This document shows, one piece after another, positions 9,121 through 18,379 of a stretch of 38,383 bases of DNA. Source of the stretch: a virus (lineage: Duplodnaviria; Caudoviricetes). The notes beneath the pieces are model-generated. The model searched no databases. It worked only from the letters and a program-made list of their open reading frames with translations, and was not told the origin of the DNA. Where the stretch lies: positions 1-38,383 of the IMG/VR virus record IMGVR_UViG_3300020044_004715; one strand, written 5' to 3'. Each line of letters opens with the position of its first letter. Positions within the stretch are counted from its first letter, which is position 1. Made by a program: the position numbers and the translations under genes.

Positions 9121-9612
9121 ATGGACAATCTCTCTAGCGCACCCGTTACCCAGGCATTCGGCAAGGCCGGGCTGGCTGCTGGTACAACCACCACCTACTC
9201 GCTGGCCCCTTCGCCCGCACCTCTGCCGTACACGATCCGCAGCAAGGCCTACACCAAGGCTGCCGCGACGAATGCGGCAACACCTACCATCGACCTGCAA
9301 ACTGGCGTGGCCTTCAAGCCCGTGCCCGTGGGTTCTGGCTCGGTGTTTGTCTGGGGCTTGAATGCCGCAGGCGCCGTGGGTGTGGCCCAGGGTTCTATCG
9401 AGGCTTTGGACGTTAGCAATAACTTCATCCTGGCCCCTCAGCAACCAGTGCTTCCTGACACCCACTGCCCAATTGCGTACCTGACCGTGCGGGTTGGTTC
9501 GACTGGCGCTCAGTGGACTCTGGGCACCAGCAACTTGGCAGGCCCTCCTACTGGTGTTGTGTTCGGCTTTGCCGATATCACCATGCCTGTTGATCGCCCT
9601 CAGATCGCTTAA
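9121..9612 (+). CDS. Putative capsid accessory/decoration protein B (paralog of A)
   Basis: 163 aa, AAGGAG RBS, motifs co-linear with the preceding protein. Confidence 0.6.
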   Translation: MDNLSSAPVTQAFGKAGLAAGTTTTYSLAPSPAPLPYTIRSKAYTKAAATNAATPTIDLQTGVAFKPVPVGSGSVFVWGLNAAGAVGVAQGSIEALDVSNNFILAPQQPVLPDTHCPIAYLTVRVGSTGAQWTLGTSNLAGPPTGVVFGFADITMPVDRPQIA

Positions 9613-9623
9613 TAGGTAAAATC

Positions 9624-9652
9624 AATGGGCCGCTCTGATGGGTGGCCCATTT
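9624..9652 (+). terminator. Probable intrinsic terminator or attenuator ending the head-gene block
   Basis: AATGGGCCGCTC-TGAT-GGGTGGCCCATT stem followed by a short T run. Confidence 0.6.
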
Positions 9653-9669
9653 CACTATCAGGAGCATAA

Positions 9670-10212
9670 ATGACAGACGCAATCAATCAGCCAGTACAAC
9701 GCCGTCGCCGCGAAACCAGCACCGAAGATTTCCCCATCGACCAGATGCCATCCATCAATCTGGATGCATCCCAAGATGTTGACCGTGACCGCGTGGTGAT
9801 CGCTGATGCCACTGCGCTCCAAGAGGAATTTGCAAAGGCTCTGGCTTTTGCTGAAGAACCAGTTGACATTCTCGTGCACCCTCCAGCAGCCGAGCGCAAT
9901 CCAGCTCAATGGGTGCCGTGCTGGGTCAATGGACGTGGTGCTGAGCTGTGGATCGATGGGAAGTGGGTTGCTTGTGGGTATCTCCCAGTGAACATGCCGT
10001 TGACCACGAAGCGCAAGTATGTCGAAGTGCTGATCCGCTCCAAGCAGACCACGTACCAAACCACACACGTTGCACCCGAAGACGCCAAGTCCACGCACGT
10101 AGATAACTTCGCCGTGCCACAAACCAACCTCGCCAATCAAGTGACGATCCAGTACGACGCCAATCCTTTGGGCCGCGAGTGGATTCAGCGCCTGGTGCGC
10201 GAGCGCGAGTAA
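9670..10212 (+). CDS. Hypothetical protein at the head-tail junction
   Basis: 180 aa, AGGAG RBS, with WVPCWVNG and RKYVEVL motifs. Confidence 0.75.
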   Translation: MTDAINQPVQRRRRETSTEDFPIDQMPSINLDASQDVDRDRVVIADATALQEEFAKALAFAEEPVDILVHPPAAERNPAQWVPCWVNGRGAELWIDGKWVACGYLPVNMPLTTKRKYVEVLIRSKQTTYQTTHVAPEDAKSTHVDNFAVPQTNLANQVTIQYDANPLGREWIQRLVRERE

Positions 10213-10215
10213 TCA

Positions 10216-10899
10216 ATGTCCACGTTTCTCCAGCTCGTCCAGCGGCTTCACCAAGAAAGCCGCTCGTCAGGCAGCACGCCAGTCACCCTAGTGAATCAGG
10301 GGCTGGAGACTCGCCGCCTGATTGCCTGGATCAACACCGCATGGATGGACATTCAGTCCGCACGCGAAGACTGGGACTGGATGCGGACAGACTGCAGTTT
10401 CCCCACGATTTCAGGCAAGGCGATCTACACGCCCCAAGAGATTGGCCTGACCGACTGGGGGAACTGGACGCGGGACATGTGGCGCAACTATCCCACGGCG
10501 GACGGCAACCGCGCTGAAATCTTCATGTCCTATCTGGACTACAAGACGTGGCGCGATGTGTACCAGTTCGGCGCGACACGATACACGCTGACACGCCCGG
10601 TGCAATTGACCATCACGCCTGACAAATCGATTGGCCTTGGGCCGCCACCCACCGACACTTACACCATCACCGGGCAATACTTCAAGATTCCCACGGAGAT
10701 GACGGCGAATGATGATGTGCCCGCAATGCCAGCGCGGTTTCATCTCGCCATCGTGTACCGGGCCTTGATGTTCTATGGCATCTCAGAAGCGGCGCCCGAG
10801 GCATTCCAGTATGGGCAAACAGAGTTCAACCGCCTGTATGCACGCCTGGAGCTGAACCAACTCCCAGAGCTGCTACAAGCAGATGCGATCCAGGCATGA
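10216..10899 (+). CDS. Head-tail adaptor protein
   Basis: MSTFLQLVQR...WINTAWMDIQ...WDWM...LGPPP...MPARFHLAIVYRAL is the podophage adaptor pattern. Position fits. Confidence 0.8.
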   Translation: MSTFLQLVQRLHQESRSSGSTPVTLVNQGLETRRLIAWINTAWMDIQSAREDWDWMRTDCSFPTISGKAIYTPQEIGLTDWGNWTRDMWRNYPTADGNRAEIFMSYLDYKTWRDVYQFGATRYTLTRPVQLTITPDKSIGLGPPPTDTYTITGQYFKIPTEMTANDDVPAMPARFHLAIVYRALMFYGISEAAPEAFQYGQTEFNRLYARLELNQLPELLQADAIQA

Positions 10900-12959
10900 G
10901 AGCGCAAATCAACATCCCGAATCCAAAGCTGTCGTACTACCCTGTAAAGGGCGGCCTCGACTTGGTGACGCCAGCGATTGCGCTTGACCCCGGCAAGTGC
11001 TTTGATGCTCAGAACTACATCTTGGAAATCACGGGGGGCTACAAGCGCACCCTAGGTTTTGAGCGCTATGACGGCAGGCCATCGCCAACAGGTGCATCGT
11101 ACTGGGTGTATCCGGTCAACATCACGGGAGTGATTGCCGTTGGAAACACCGTTACAGGCGCGACCAGCGGCGCGACCGGGAAAGTCTTGGCGATCAATGC
11201 CGCCAGCTTGGTCTTGGGTCGGGTGGTCGGAACATTCACGGCTACTGAAGTCCTGAACATTTCTGGCACGCCACGGGCTACAGCAACGGGAACCATCATC
11301 CTTAATGGCGCCACCATGCCCGCCTCTGACGCAGCATACAGCCTGTTGGCAGCCAATGATTTGCGCGCAGACATCCAGCCCGTCCCAGGCAGCGGCCCTA
11401 TTCGTGGGCTGGTGTACATGGGGAACATCCTGTATGCCTTCCGCGACAACGCAGGCGGCACGGCTGGAGCGATCTACAAGCAATCGGCATCCGGCTGGAC
11501 GGCCGTATCGTTGGGTACGGAGATTCAGTTCACCAATGCGGTAGGTGAGATAAAGCCCGGTGATTTGGTGGTCGGCGGAACCAGTGGTGCCACTGCTGTG
11601 GTTGTCGCCGCCCTGTTGCGTACAGGCACATGGACTGCCTCCGGCGTTGGCACTTTGGTTTTGTCCAGCGTCACTGGGACATGGCAGAACGCAGAGGCCA
11701 TCAAGATAGGCGCCGTCACCAAGGCCACGTCATCATCTGCGGCGACAGCGATTACCCGCCAGCCAGGAGGCTACGTGGATGGGCGTTATGCCATCTTCAC
11801 CAGCGCCGGGTTGAGCAAGAAGTTTTGGGGCGCAGATGGTGTGAACCTGGCCTTTGCGTTTGATGGCACGAACTACATCCCAATTCGTACAGGCAATGCA
11901 TTGGATACCCCAACGCACGCCCACGTGCACAAGGATCATCTGTTTCTCAGCTTTGGCTCGTCCATGCAGTACAGCGGCATCAATCAGCCCTACTCATGGT
12001 CGGCAGTAGCAGGCGCGGCAGAAGTCTTCGCAGGGTCAACGATCAGCGGCATTCAGTCGCTGTCCGGTAACCAGTCCGGTGCATCGTTGATGCTTTTCTC
12101 GGAAGACAACACCTTTGTTTTGTACGGTTCATCCAGCGCCGACTTCAATCTGGTGCCAAGCACGTTTGAACTCGGCTTCGCAGAGCAAACCATGCAGCCG
12201 ATAGGGAACGACATTTACGGCCTGACCAATCGCGGTATTCACTCTGTGACCAACACCTTGGAATACGGAAACTTCGTTTTCAACGCAGTGTCCTTCCCAA
12301 TTCAGCCGTTGATGGCATCCAAAATCGGCAAGCAAGCATGCTCCTATTCATCCAAGACATACAACGATTACCGCCTGTACTTTGAGGACGGCACGGGGCT
12401 GGTGGTCGGGATTACTGCCGGAAAAGTCACAGGGGTTCTTCCGCTGAACTACGGTAAGACTGTTCACTGGGCGCAGTGTTTCACCAAAACCGACGGATCA
12501 GAGATTATCTTCTGGGGAGCGCACGACGGCTATGTCTATCAAGACAACATCGGCACCAGCTTTGACGGAGAAGAAATCGAAGCATGGATTCGGCTGGCTT
12601 TCAACAATCTGCAATCCCCGCAAATCCGTAAACGGTACGTGCGCGCCGTGTTTGAGGTCAAAGCAGACGGTTATGCAACTGCAAAGGTTGCCTACGACTT
12701 GGGCTATGCAAATCCAGACGTGAATTCATCCGACCTGACAGACATGAGCCTGATTGGCTCCGGCGGTTACTGGGATCAGGTCACATGGGATCAGTTTGTT
12801 TGGGATGCCCCTGTGGTTTCAACCCCCAAGATTTCCATGAACGGCACAGAAACGAATGCTTCATTTCTCTTCTACTCCATGACCGCATCAGATAAATCAC
12901 ACACAGTCCAGGGCGTCACGATGGAATACATCCCACGCCGTATTGCACGGGGGAGTTAA
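10896..12959 (+). CDS. Tail nozzle / tail tubular protein (P22 gp10-like position)
   Basis: 687 aa, beta-rich. Starts GGLDLVTP...GGYKR..GFERYDG and ends RKRY...YWDQVTWDQFVWD. ATGA-coupled to the adaptor. Confidence 0.75.
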   Translation: MRAQINIPNPKLSYYPVKGGLDLVTPAIALDPGKCFDAQNYILEITGGYKRTLGFERYDGRPSPTGASYWVYPVNITGVIAVGNTVTGATSGATGKVLAINAASLVLGRVVGTFTATEVLNISGTPRATATGTIILNGATMPASDAAYSLLAANDLRADIQPVPGSGPIRGLVYMGNILYAFRDNAGGTAGAIYKQSASGWTAVSLGTEIQFTNAVGEIKPGDLVVGGTSGATAVVVAALLRTGTWTASGVGTLVLSSVTGTWQNAEAIKIGAVTKATSSSAATAITRQPGGYVDGRYAIFTSAGLSKKFWGADGVNLAFAFDGTNYIPIRTGNALDTPTHAHVHKDHLFLSFGSSMQYSGINQPYSWSAVAGAAEVFAGSTISGIQSLSGNQSGASLMLFSEDNTFVLYGSSSADFNLVPSTFELGFAEQTMQPIGNDIYGLTNRGIHSVTNTLEYGNFVFNAVSFPIQPLMASKIGKQACSYSSKTYNDYRLYFEDGTGLVVGITAGKVTGVLPLNYGKTVHWAQCFTKTDGSEIIFWGAHDGYVYQDNIGTSFDGEEIEAWIRLAFNNLQSPQIRKRYVRAVFEVKADGYATAKVAYDLGYANPDVNSSDLTDMSLIGSGGYWDQVTWDQFVWDAPVVSTPKISMNGTETNASFLFYSMTASDKSHTVQGVTMEYIPRRIARGS

Positions 12960-12965
12960 CGCAAC

Positions 12966-14201
12966 ATGGCAGCACCTTATTACACCCACTCTAGCGGCAA
13001 GCCAGCAAACCAGACTCGCGCTCTTGCTGGAGAGATGCGGGATGAATTGGATCAGATCGCGGCAAGTTTCAACCTGTTGCCCATACCATCGGCCATCGTT
13101 GCGGGTATTAGCAACTATGCCGTTGATACAGGTATTGCGAACGCTTATGTGATATCCATTAACCCCAGCACGTTGACCGCCTACACAGACGGCATGACGC
13201 TACGGTTTAGGGCCACCAACGCAAACACGGGCGCCGCGACAATCAACGTCAACGGCCTTGGCCTGAAAACGCTTGTGCGCCCAGATGGTACAGCCTTGCT
13301 GTCTGGCGACATTTACGCGGGCCAGATTTGCCAGATTAGCTACAGCACTACAAGTGGCGCTTTCCAATTGTCAATCACGACGATGAATGCTGCTTACCAG
13401 TCTGCGGCCAGCGCGGCGGCGGCTGCAATATCCCAAAGTTCAGCGTCTTCCAGCGCAGCATCTGCAACTCTTAGCGCTGCCGCGGCGCTTGCGTCTGAAA
13501 CGCTTGCGCAGAAATGGGCTGTTAGCCTGACGCTGGTGGACGGCACCTACTACGGCTCACGCAAGTATTCCATTGACGCGAACACCAGCGCCATCAACGC
13601 CAACGCATCAGCCGCAGCAGCTCAGGCGTCAAGCGTTCAGGCGGAAATCTATGCCACCCAGCAGATGAATGCCACCAGTACAACGAGCCATAGCCTCACA
13701 ACTGGGAGCAAGACATTCACTGTCGAGACAAACAAGGGGTTTGTCATCAACCAATATTTGGTGATTACGCCAACTGCAGACAGTAGCAAATTCATGCAAG
13801 GTTCGATTTCCAGTTACGACAAAGTTACTGGAGCGTTGATTGTTAATGTGGATTATTCAAGCTCAACCGGAGGCCCTTACACAGCCTGGACTCTTGGAGT
13901 GATTGGACGTACTGGCACAGGCGCCATTCGTCCTACGGTGATCATCAACGCAAATACAACTGCAATCAACGACAGAGATTATGTATTTTCTGGAATTTGT
14001 GTCTTAACCATGCCAGACCCCGCGTCTGTTACCGGAGCAATCGGATTGTGCAATGGCACAACTGCAAGCGGCCCACAGATTGATTTTGGGGCATACAAGG
14101 TCAAGGGTTTCACCCCTGGGCTGATCACTATGGATTCCGCAACCAATGCTACTGTCGTAAAAAATAGTGGCTCAACATCTATCGGGTATTCGGAGATTTA
14201 A
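12966..14201 (+). CDS. Tail fibre protein
   Basis: N-terminal ELDQIAASF anchor, a YAVDTG.ANAY...NTGAATINVNGLG domain, A/S-rich coiled segments and a SLTTGSKTFTV domain. Confidence 0.75.
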   Translation: MAAPYYTHSSGKPANQTRALAGEMRDELDQIAASFNLLPIPSAIVAGISNYAVDTGIANAYVISINPSTLTAYTDGMTLRFRATNANTGAATINVNGLGLKTLVRPDGTALLSGDIYAGQICQISYSTTSGAFQLSITTMNAAYQSAASAAAAAISQSSASSSAASATLSAAAALASETLAQKWAVSLTLVDGTYYGSRKYSIDANTSAINANASAAAAQASSVQAEIYATQQMNATSTTSHSLTTGSKTFTVETNKGFVINQYLVITPTADSSKFMQGSISSYDKVTGALIVNVDYSSSTGGPYTAWTLGVIGRTGTGAIRPTVIINANTTAINDRDYVFSGICVLTMPDPASVTGAIGLCNGTTASGPQIDFGAYKVKGFTPGLITMDSATNATVVKNSGSTSIGYSEI

Positions 14202-14203
14202 AA

Positions 14204-14992
14204 ATGGCTGCTTTCTTTTCTAATGTTTTTAATAGCGGTGGCGGCGGGAAGCTCCGCTATCAAACATTCAATGCAACGGCTTCGTTTACTCCATCTGCTG
14301 CATTAATAGCCAATGGAGGCCAGGCCATGTACATCATGGGCGGCGGTGGTGGTGGAGGTGGCGGCGGTAACACGGGTAATGGCGGTGGTGGCGGCGCCGG
14401 GGAGTACAAACAAGGCTTTGTCACGTTTGTGTCCGTCACTCCCGTTGTTGTCACCATCGGCAGCGGTGGAGCGGGCGGTGTAGGGGCTGCCAACGGATCA
14501 AACGGCACAGCTACAAGCATTGGCGCGTTGGTGTCTGCTGCTGGCGGCGGCGGCGGCGGTGGAGGTAACAATCTCGTTGGATCGTCTGGCGCATCGGGCG
14601 GCGGTGGCGGGTCAAACACATCTGCGGGTTTGCCAGCGGGCGGCGGCGGCGGTGCTGGTAGTGCTGGTTTGCCGGGTGCCACGGCTGGCGGCGCATCGGG
14701 GGGCGGCGGCACTGCTGGAGGTTCCGGCGGCCCATCGGGCTCATCATCAGGCGCGTACAGCGGAAGTGGCGGGGTCGGGGTCGGAGGCGTATGCGGCGGC
14801 GGCGGCGGCGGCGGTGGGGCTTTGTCCGGTCGTGGCTTTGGGGCTTCTGGCGGCGGCGATGGGTGTTTTGGCGGTACAGCGGCTGCCGCTGGGAGAGCCA
14901 ATTCTGGCGGCGGCGGCGGTGGTGGTGGGCCAAGCTCCACCACTGGCGCAGTGGGCGGGACTGGCTTTGTGACGATTTACTGGACGGAGTAA
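14204..14992 (+). CDS. Glycine-rich tail-associated protein, putative adhesin
   Basis: 262 aa with many GGGGG runs, VVVTIGSGGAGG, ANSGGGGGGG and terminal GGTGFVTIYW. Follows the fibre gene. Confidence 0.75.
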   Translation: MAAFFSNVFNSGGGGKLRYQTFNATASFTPSAALIANGGQAMYIMGGGGGGGGGGNTGNGGGGGAGEYKQGFVTFVSVTPVVVTIGSGGAGGVGAANGSNGTATSIGALVSAAGGGGGGGGNNLVGSSGASGGGGGSNTSAGLPAGGGGGAGSAGLPGATAGGASGGGGTAGGSGGPSGSSSGAYSGSGGVGVGGVCGGGGGGGGALSGRGFGASGGGDGCFGGTAAAAGRANSGGGGGGGGPSSTTGAVGGTGFVTIYWTE

Positions 14993-14996
14993 CGCC

Positions 14997-15281
14997 ATGG
15001 CAATCATCCAAGGCGCAATAATCGAAACAGCAACACCGCCTGAATACATCTTCAACATCGGTGTTTTTGAGGAAGCTGATTGGGACTTTATGGAATGGCT
15101 TTGGCCGCAGATAGAGCCCACTCGCTACATCAAAAAACTAGCTGAGCTAGAGCCGTCTGACGGGTTTAGCGGTTTGATTTGGGTTGGCGCTGTGAAGGAC
15201 GAGTTTGGCAAGTGGTATGACCCTAATTGGGAATCACTTACTGTTGAAGAAAAAGCCGCCAAAGTTGCGGCTTTAAAATAA
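14997..15281 (+). CDS. Hypothetical protein, possible fibre/adhesin partner or chaperone
   Basis: 94 aa, acidic and Trp-rich, GGAG RBS, directly after the Gly-rich gene. Confidence 0.65.
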   Translation: MAIIQGAIIETATPPEYIFNIGVFEEADWDFMEWLWPQIEPTRYIKKLAELEPSDGFSGLIWVGAVKDEFGKWYDPNWESLTVEEKAAKVAALK

Positions 15282-15297
15282 TTGGAAAGGATTAGTA

Positions 15298-16569
15298 ATG
15301 GCAACAGCAGCAGGCTTTGGCGCAACAGGACAGCTTGGTAAAACATACCGAGATGCAGACGGGCGAGTTCACTATGAGGACGGCTCCGTTGGCCCTGCGG
15401 TGGCTGGCTGGAGTGATAACGGGAACTTTACGTATGCAAAAAACGCTGATGTTCAGGGGGATATTTATCGAGAGCAGGGGATGGCCCCGCCAAGCCAAAC
15501 CAGCAATACTCCAACGACAAACCTTAAAGCGCCAGTTGTTGATGGCGGTGGCTCTGGATCAAACGATAGCACGTTGGTTTCCAACAGCAAGACGCCCTAT
15601 CTTGTTCCGAATCAAAATAGCGGCGCAGTTGGTGGCGCCCTGTCAAATGCCGCTAATAGCGGGTTGACGGGGGCTGGTGCAAATGTTGGTTCTGCGTCTG
15701 GCTCATTAACCAGTGGCTCCACTGGTATCAATACCGGGGCAAGCGCCGCGCCTGGAATTATCCAAAGTGCAATTACACCGTGGAATGTGACCTCAGACCA
15801 AACAGTCGCTGGGAATATTCAGAGCTTGACGAGTAATGAAAGCCCCCTGATGCAGCAGGCTAGGACGCGGGCTGCTCAGCAAATGTCTTCACGAGGATTG
15901 ATTAACTCCAGCCTTGCAGCGACTGCCGCTGACTCGGCGGTGTATGACGTTGCGAATACAATCGCTCAAAGCGATGCGGCAACTAAGGCCAAGGCCGCAG
16001 GGTACAACGTCGATCAGTTGAATCAGCAAGTGACGCTTGATAAGCAGCTTGCCAATCAAATGAGCCAAGCGCAATTGTCTGCAGATACCGCAAGGTATAG
16101 CACTGATGTGAATGCAAGTACATCAAAGTACAACACAGACACAAACGCTGCTATTCAGAAGCTGAACAATGAGTCCGCACAAACCATTGCCAAGCTAAAC
16201 AACGAGCAACAAATCACTCTGCAAAAAATGCAGAATGAAAACAGCAAATTGCTGAACACAAATCAGCAGGCGGCACAGGCTTATAATAACTCGATGCAGT
16301 ATATTGATGTCATCAACCGCGATCCTAATCTGGATGCTGACGCAAAGACTCGCGCTCAGGCTCAGATTTACTACAACCTGCAAACGCAGTTGCGCACGTT
16401 GGCCGCAGTATCCGGCATTGATGTAACGCAGTCTCTTTCTCTGGCAAATGCCCCAGGCTTTGATGACAAGGGGAATTACGTTGGGTTTAAGGATGCCACT
16501 GGCACAACAACAAAACCCCCGACTACAAGCAGCACCGATGGCCAGACAAACTCTGGTGGAGGCGACTAA
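15298..16569 (+). CDS. Putative internal virion (DNA ejection) protein
   Basis: 423 aa rich in S/G/N/Q/T, with SPLMQQARTRAAQQMSSRGLINSSLA and a Q/N coiled region. Confidence 0.6.
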   Translation: MATAAGFGATGQLGKTYRDADGRVHYEDGSVGPAVAGWSDNGNFTYAKNADVQGDIYREQGMAPPSQTSNTPTTNLKAPVVDGGGSGSNDSTLVSNSKTPYLVPNQNSGAVGGALSNAANSGLTGAGANVGSASGSLTSGSTGINTGASAAPGIIQSAITPWNVTSDQTVAGNIQSLTSNESPLMQQARTRAAQQMSSRGLINSSLAATAADSAVYDVANTIAQSDAATKAKAAGYNVDQLNQQVTLDKQLANQMSQAQLSADTARYSTDVNASTSKYNTDTNAAIQKLNNESAQTIAKLNNEQQITLQKMQNENSKLLNTNQQAAQAYNNSMQYIDVINRDPNLDADAKTRAQAQIYYNLQTQLRTLAAVSGIDVTQSLSLANAPGFDDKGNYVGFKDATGTTTKPPTTSSTDGQTNSGGGD

Positions 16570-17016
16570 TTGATTTCATATCATAGCGAATCTCTGTATC
16601 AGCTTATGCCTGATATCTTCCAGCTTCTTGAGATGCACCATGCTGAATCGCATCAACAGACGTATGGGACAGAGCTTGCTACTGATTGGGATCAATACCG
16701 ACAAATGGAGAGTTGCGGACTGCTCCGCATATTCACCGTGCGCGACGACGGCGATCTTGTCGGTTATGACATTTTCATTGTCGGCCCACATAGACATGCA
16801 ATGGGTTCATGCGTTGCTATCAGTGATGCTGTGTATGTCAAACCAGAATACCGTGGGTTCACTGCGGTGCTGTTGATGAAAAAATCCGACAAAGCGCTGA
16901 TTGACTCAGGAGTCAATTGCATTGTCAGAAACTCCCAAACAAATACCAAGGTGCAAAGTCTTTTGCAAAAGATGGGTTACACGCCAAGTGAACTCATGAT
17001 GATTAGAAAGGTTTGA
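16570..17016 (+). CDS. GNAT-family acetyltransferase-like protein
   Basis: FTVRDDGDLVGY, acetyl-CoA motif A VYVKPEYRG and C-terminal LLQKMGY. TTG start abuts the previous stop. Confidence 0.85.
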   Translation: MISYHSESLYQLMPDIFQLLEMHHAESHQQTYGTELATDWDQYRQMESCGLLRIFTVRDDGDLVGYDIFIVGPHRHAMGSCVAISDAVYVKPEYRGFTAVLLMKKSDKALIDSGVNCIVRNSQTNTKVQSLLQKMGYTPSELMMIRKV

Positions 17017-17018
17017 TT

Positions 17019-17864
17019 ATGGCATTCGCAGCAATCGGAGCATTATTCGCCGGAACGGCAACCGCAGTCACCGCGATGACGGCCATTGCATCCATGGGCG
17101 CTATGGTTTCTGTGGTTGGCGCCATCACTGGCAGTAAGGCCCTAATGAAGATCGGCGGGGTGATGGGGCTGGTTGGTGGGATTGGTGGATTAATTGCGGG
17201 GGCTACATCGTCTGCGGTGAGTGTTGCCGCAGACGCTGCGGGCAGTGCTGCCGGGAGTGCTGCCGCCGATGCTGCCGCCAATGTGGCTGCCGATGCTGCG
17301 GGCGGTATCGGTGCTGCAAATGCCGCTGCTGAAACCGCGCTGACAGGTGTTACCACCTCGCCAGTTGCAAGCGCTGCTGCCACTGGGGTAGATCTTGCAC
17401 CGCTTGGAGAGGTGGCCTCTTCTGCCGCACCTTCGGCTGCATCTGCGGCAACGCCTGTAGTTGAAGCAGCGACGTCTTCGGTGTCTCCTGTTGCCACAGG
17501 CGTGGAGTCCACCGGGACGCTAGGCCCAGTCGGGGCGGTTGGCCCTGAGGGCGTGACAGGCCCAGCAGGCGTCATCTCCCCCATGGACGTGATGAACCCG
17601 ACAGATGCGCGATTGGCATCCGGCATTCAGGCATCACCTCTTGCTCCAACAAGTTCAAGCAACTTGTTCAGTGGCTTTTCTAGCTGGGCGGATAAGAACC
17701 AAAAGCTCATTGATACCGCCACAAGGGGCGTGCTTGGGGCCACTAGCGGCGCATCCAATGCTCAATTCCAGCAAGCACAATTGAACCTTGCCCGCGACAA
17801 GTTCAATCGCGCAAACACAACAGGCAACTTTGCCCCCGGCATCATCAACCGAGCAGCAGCATGA
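17019..17864 (+). CDS. Putative internal virion/ejection protein with hydrophobic N-terminus
   Basis: About 60 hydrophobic A/G-rich N-terminal residues followed by an A/S/T/P-rich region. Follows the GNAT gene. Confidence 0.6.
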   Translation: MAFAAIGALFAGTATAVTAMTAIASMGAMVSVVGAITGSKALMKIGGVMGLVGGIGGLIAGATSSAVSVAADAAGSAAGSAAADAAANVAADAAGGIGAANAAAETALTGVTTSPVASAAATGVDLAPLGEVASSAAPSAASAATPVVEAATSSVSPVATGVESTGTLGPVGAVGPEGVTGPAGVISPMDVMNPTDARLASGIQASPLAPTSSSNLFSGFSSWADKNQKLIDTATRGVLGATSGASNAQFQQAQLNLARDKFNRANTTGNFAPGIINRAAA

Positions 17865-18379
17865 ACAAACTTCTAGAACAAACCCGCCAAAAGATTCTTG
17901 AATCCGTACAGCCTCAAGAGTTGACCCAGGCCATTGAGAAAGTTGTTGAAGCGGGCAAGAAGATCCTCTACTCGCCCAAAACCCGCGACATGGTTATGCA
18001 AGAGCTGCAAACCGAGGGCGATATTGAGGATGTGATTGGTTCCGGTGTCGCAAAACTCACAGGGCTGGTGTACGTGGAGTATAAGAAGACACTCCCCATG
18101 GAAGTATTGATGCCTGTGAGTATGCTGCTCATGCTGGAAGTCTTGGACTTCTTGGAGCAAGGCGGCAAGATTCAGGTAAACAACGACACGCTTGCGGAAA
18201 CCACGCAGGCCACGGCGTCGGCCATGTTGCAATTGCTGGGCGTCACTCCTGAAAAGCTGGAAGAGTACACACAGCAAGCCCAGGGAGGCGCCTCCCAAGG
18301 TGCACAAGGCGCAATGCCTGCCGCTGGTGCGCAACAGCCCGCTTCTGGCCTTATCGGAAACGCGATGGGAGGTGCCTAA
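17861..18379 (+). CDS. Hypothetical protein in the ejection-protein cluster
   Basis: 172 aa, helical, ATGA-coupled. Confidence 0.7.
   Translation: MNKLLEQTRQKILESVQPQELTQAIEKVVEAGKKILYSPKTRDMVMQELQTEGDIEDVIGSGVAKLTGLVYVEYKKTLPMEVLMPVSMLLMLEVLDFLEQGGKIQVNNDTLAETTQATASAMLQLLGVTPEKLEEYTQQAQGGASQGAQGAMPAAGAQQPASGLIGNAMGGA

Noticed and set aside
14260-14943. 227-aa poly-proline ORF on the minus strand
   Set aside because: It is the antisense shadow of the GGN-rich glycine gene and lies against the direction of the late operon.
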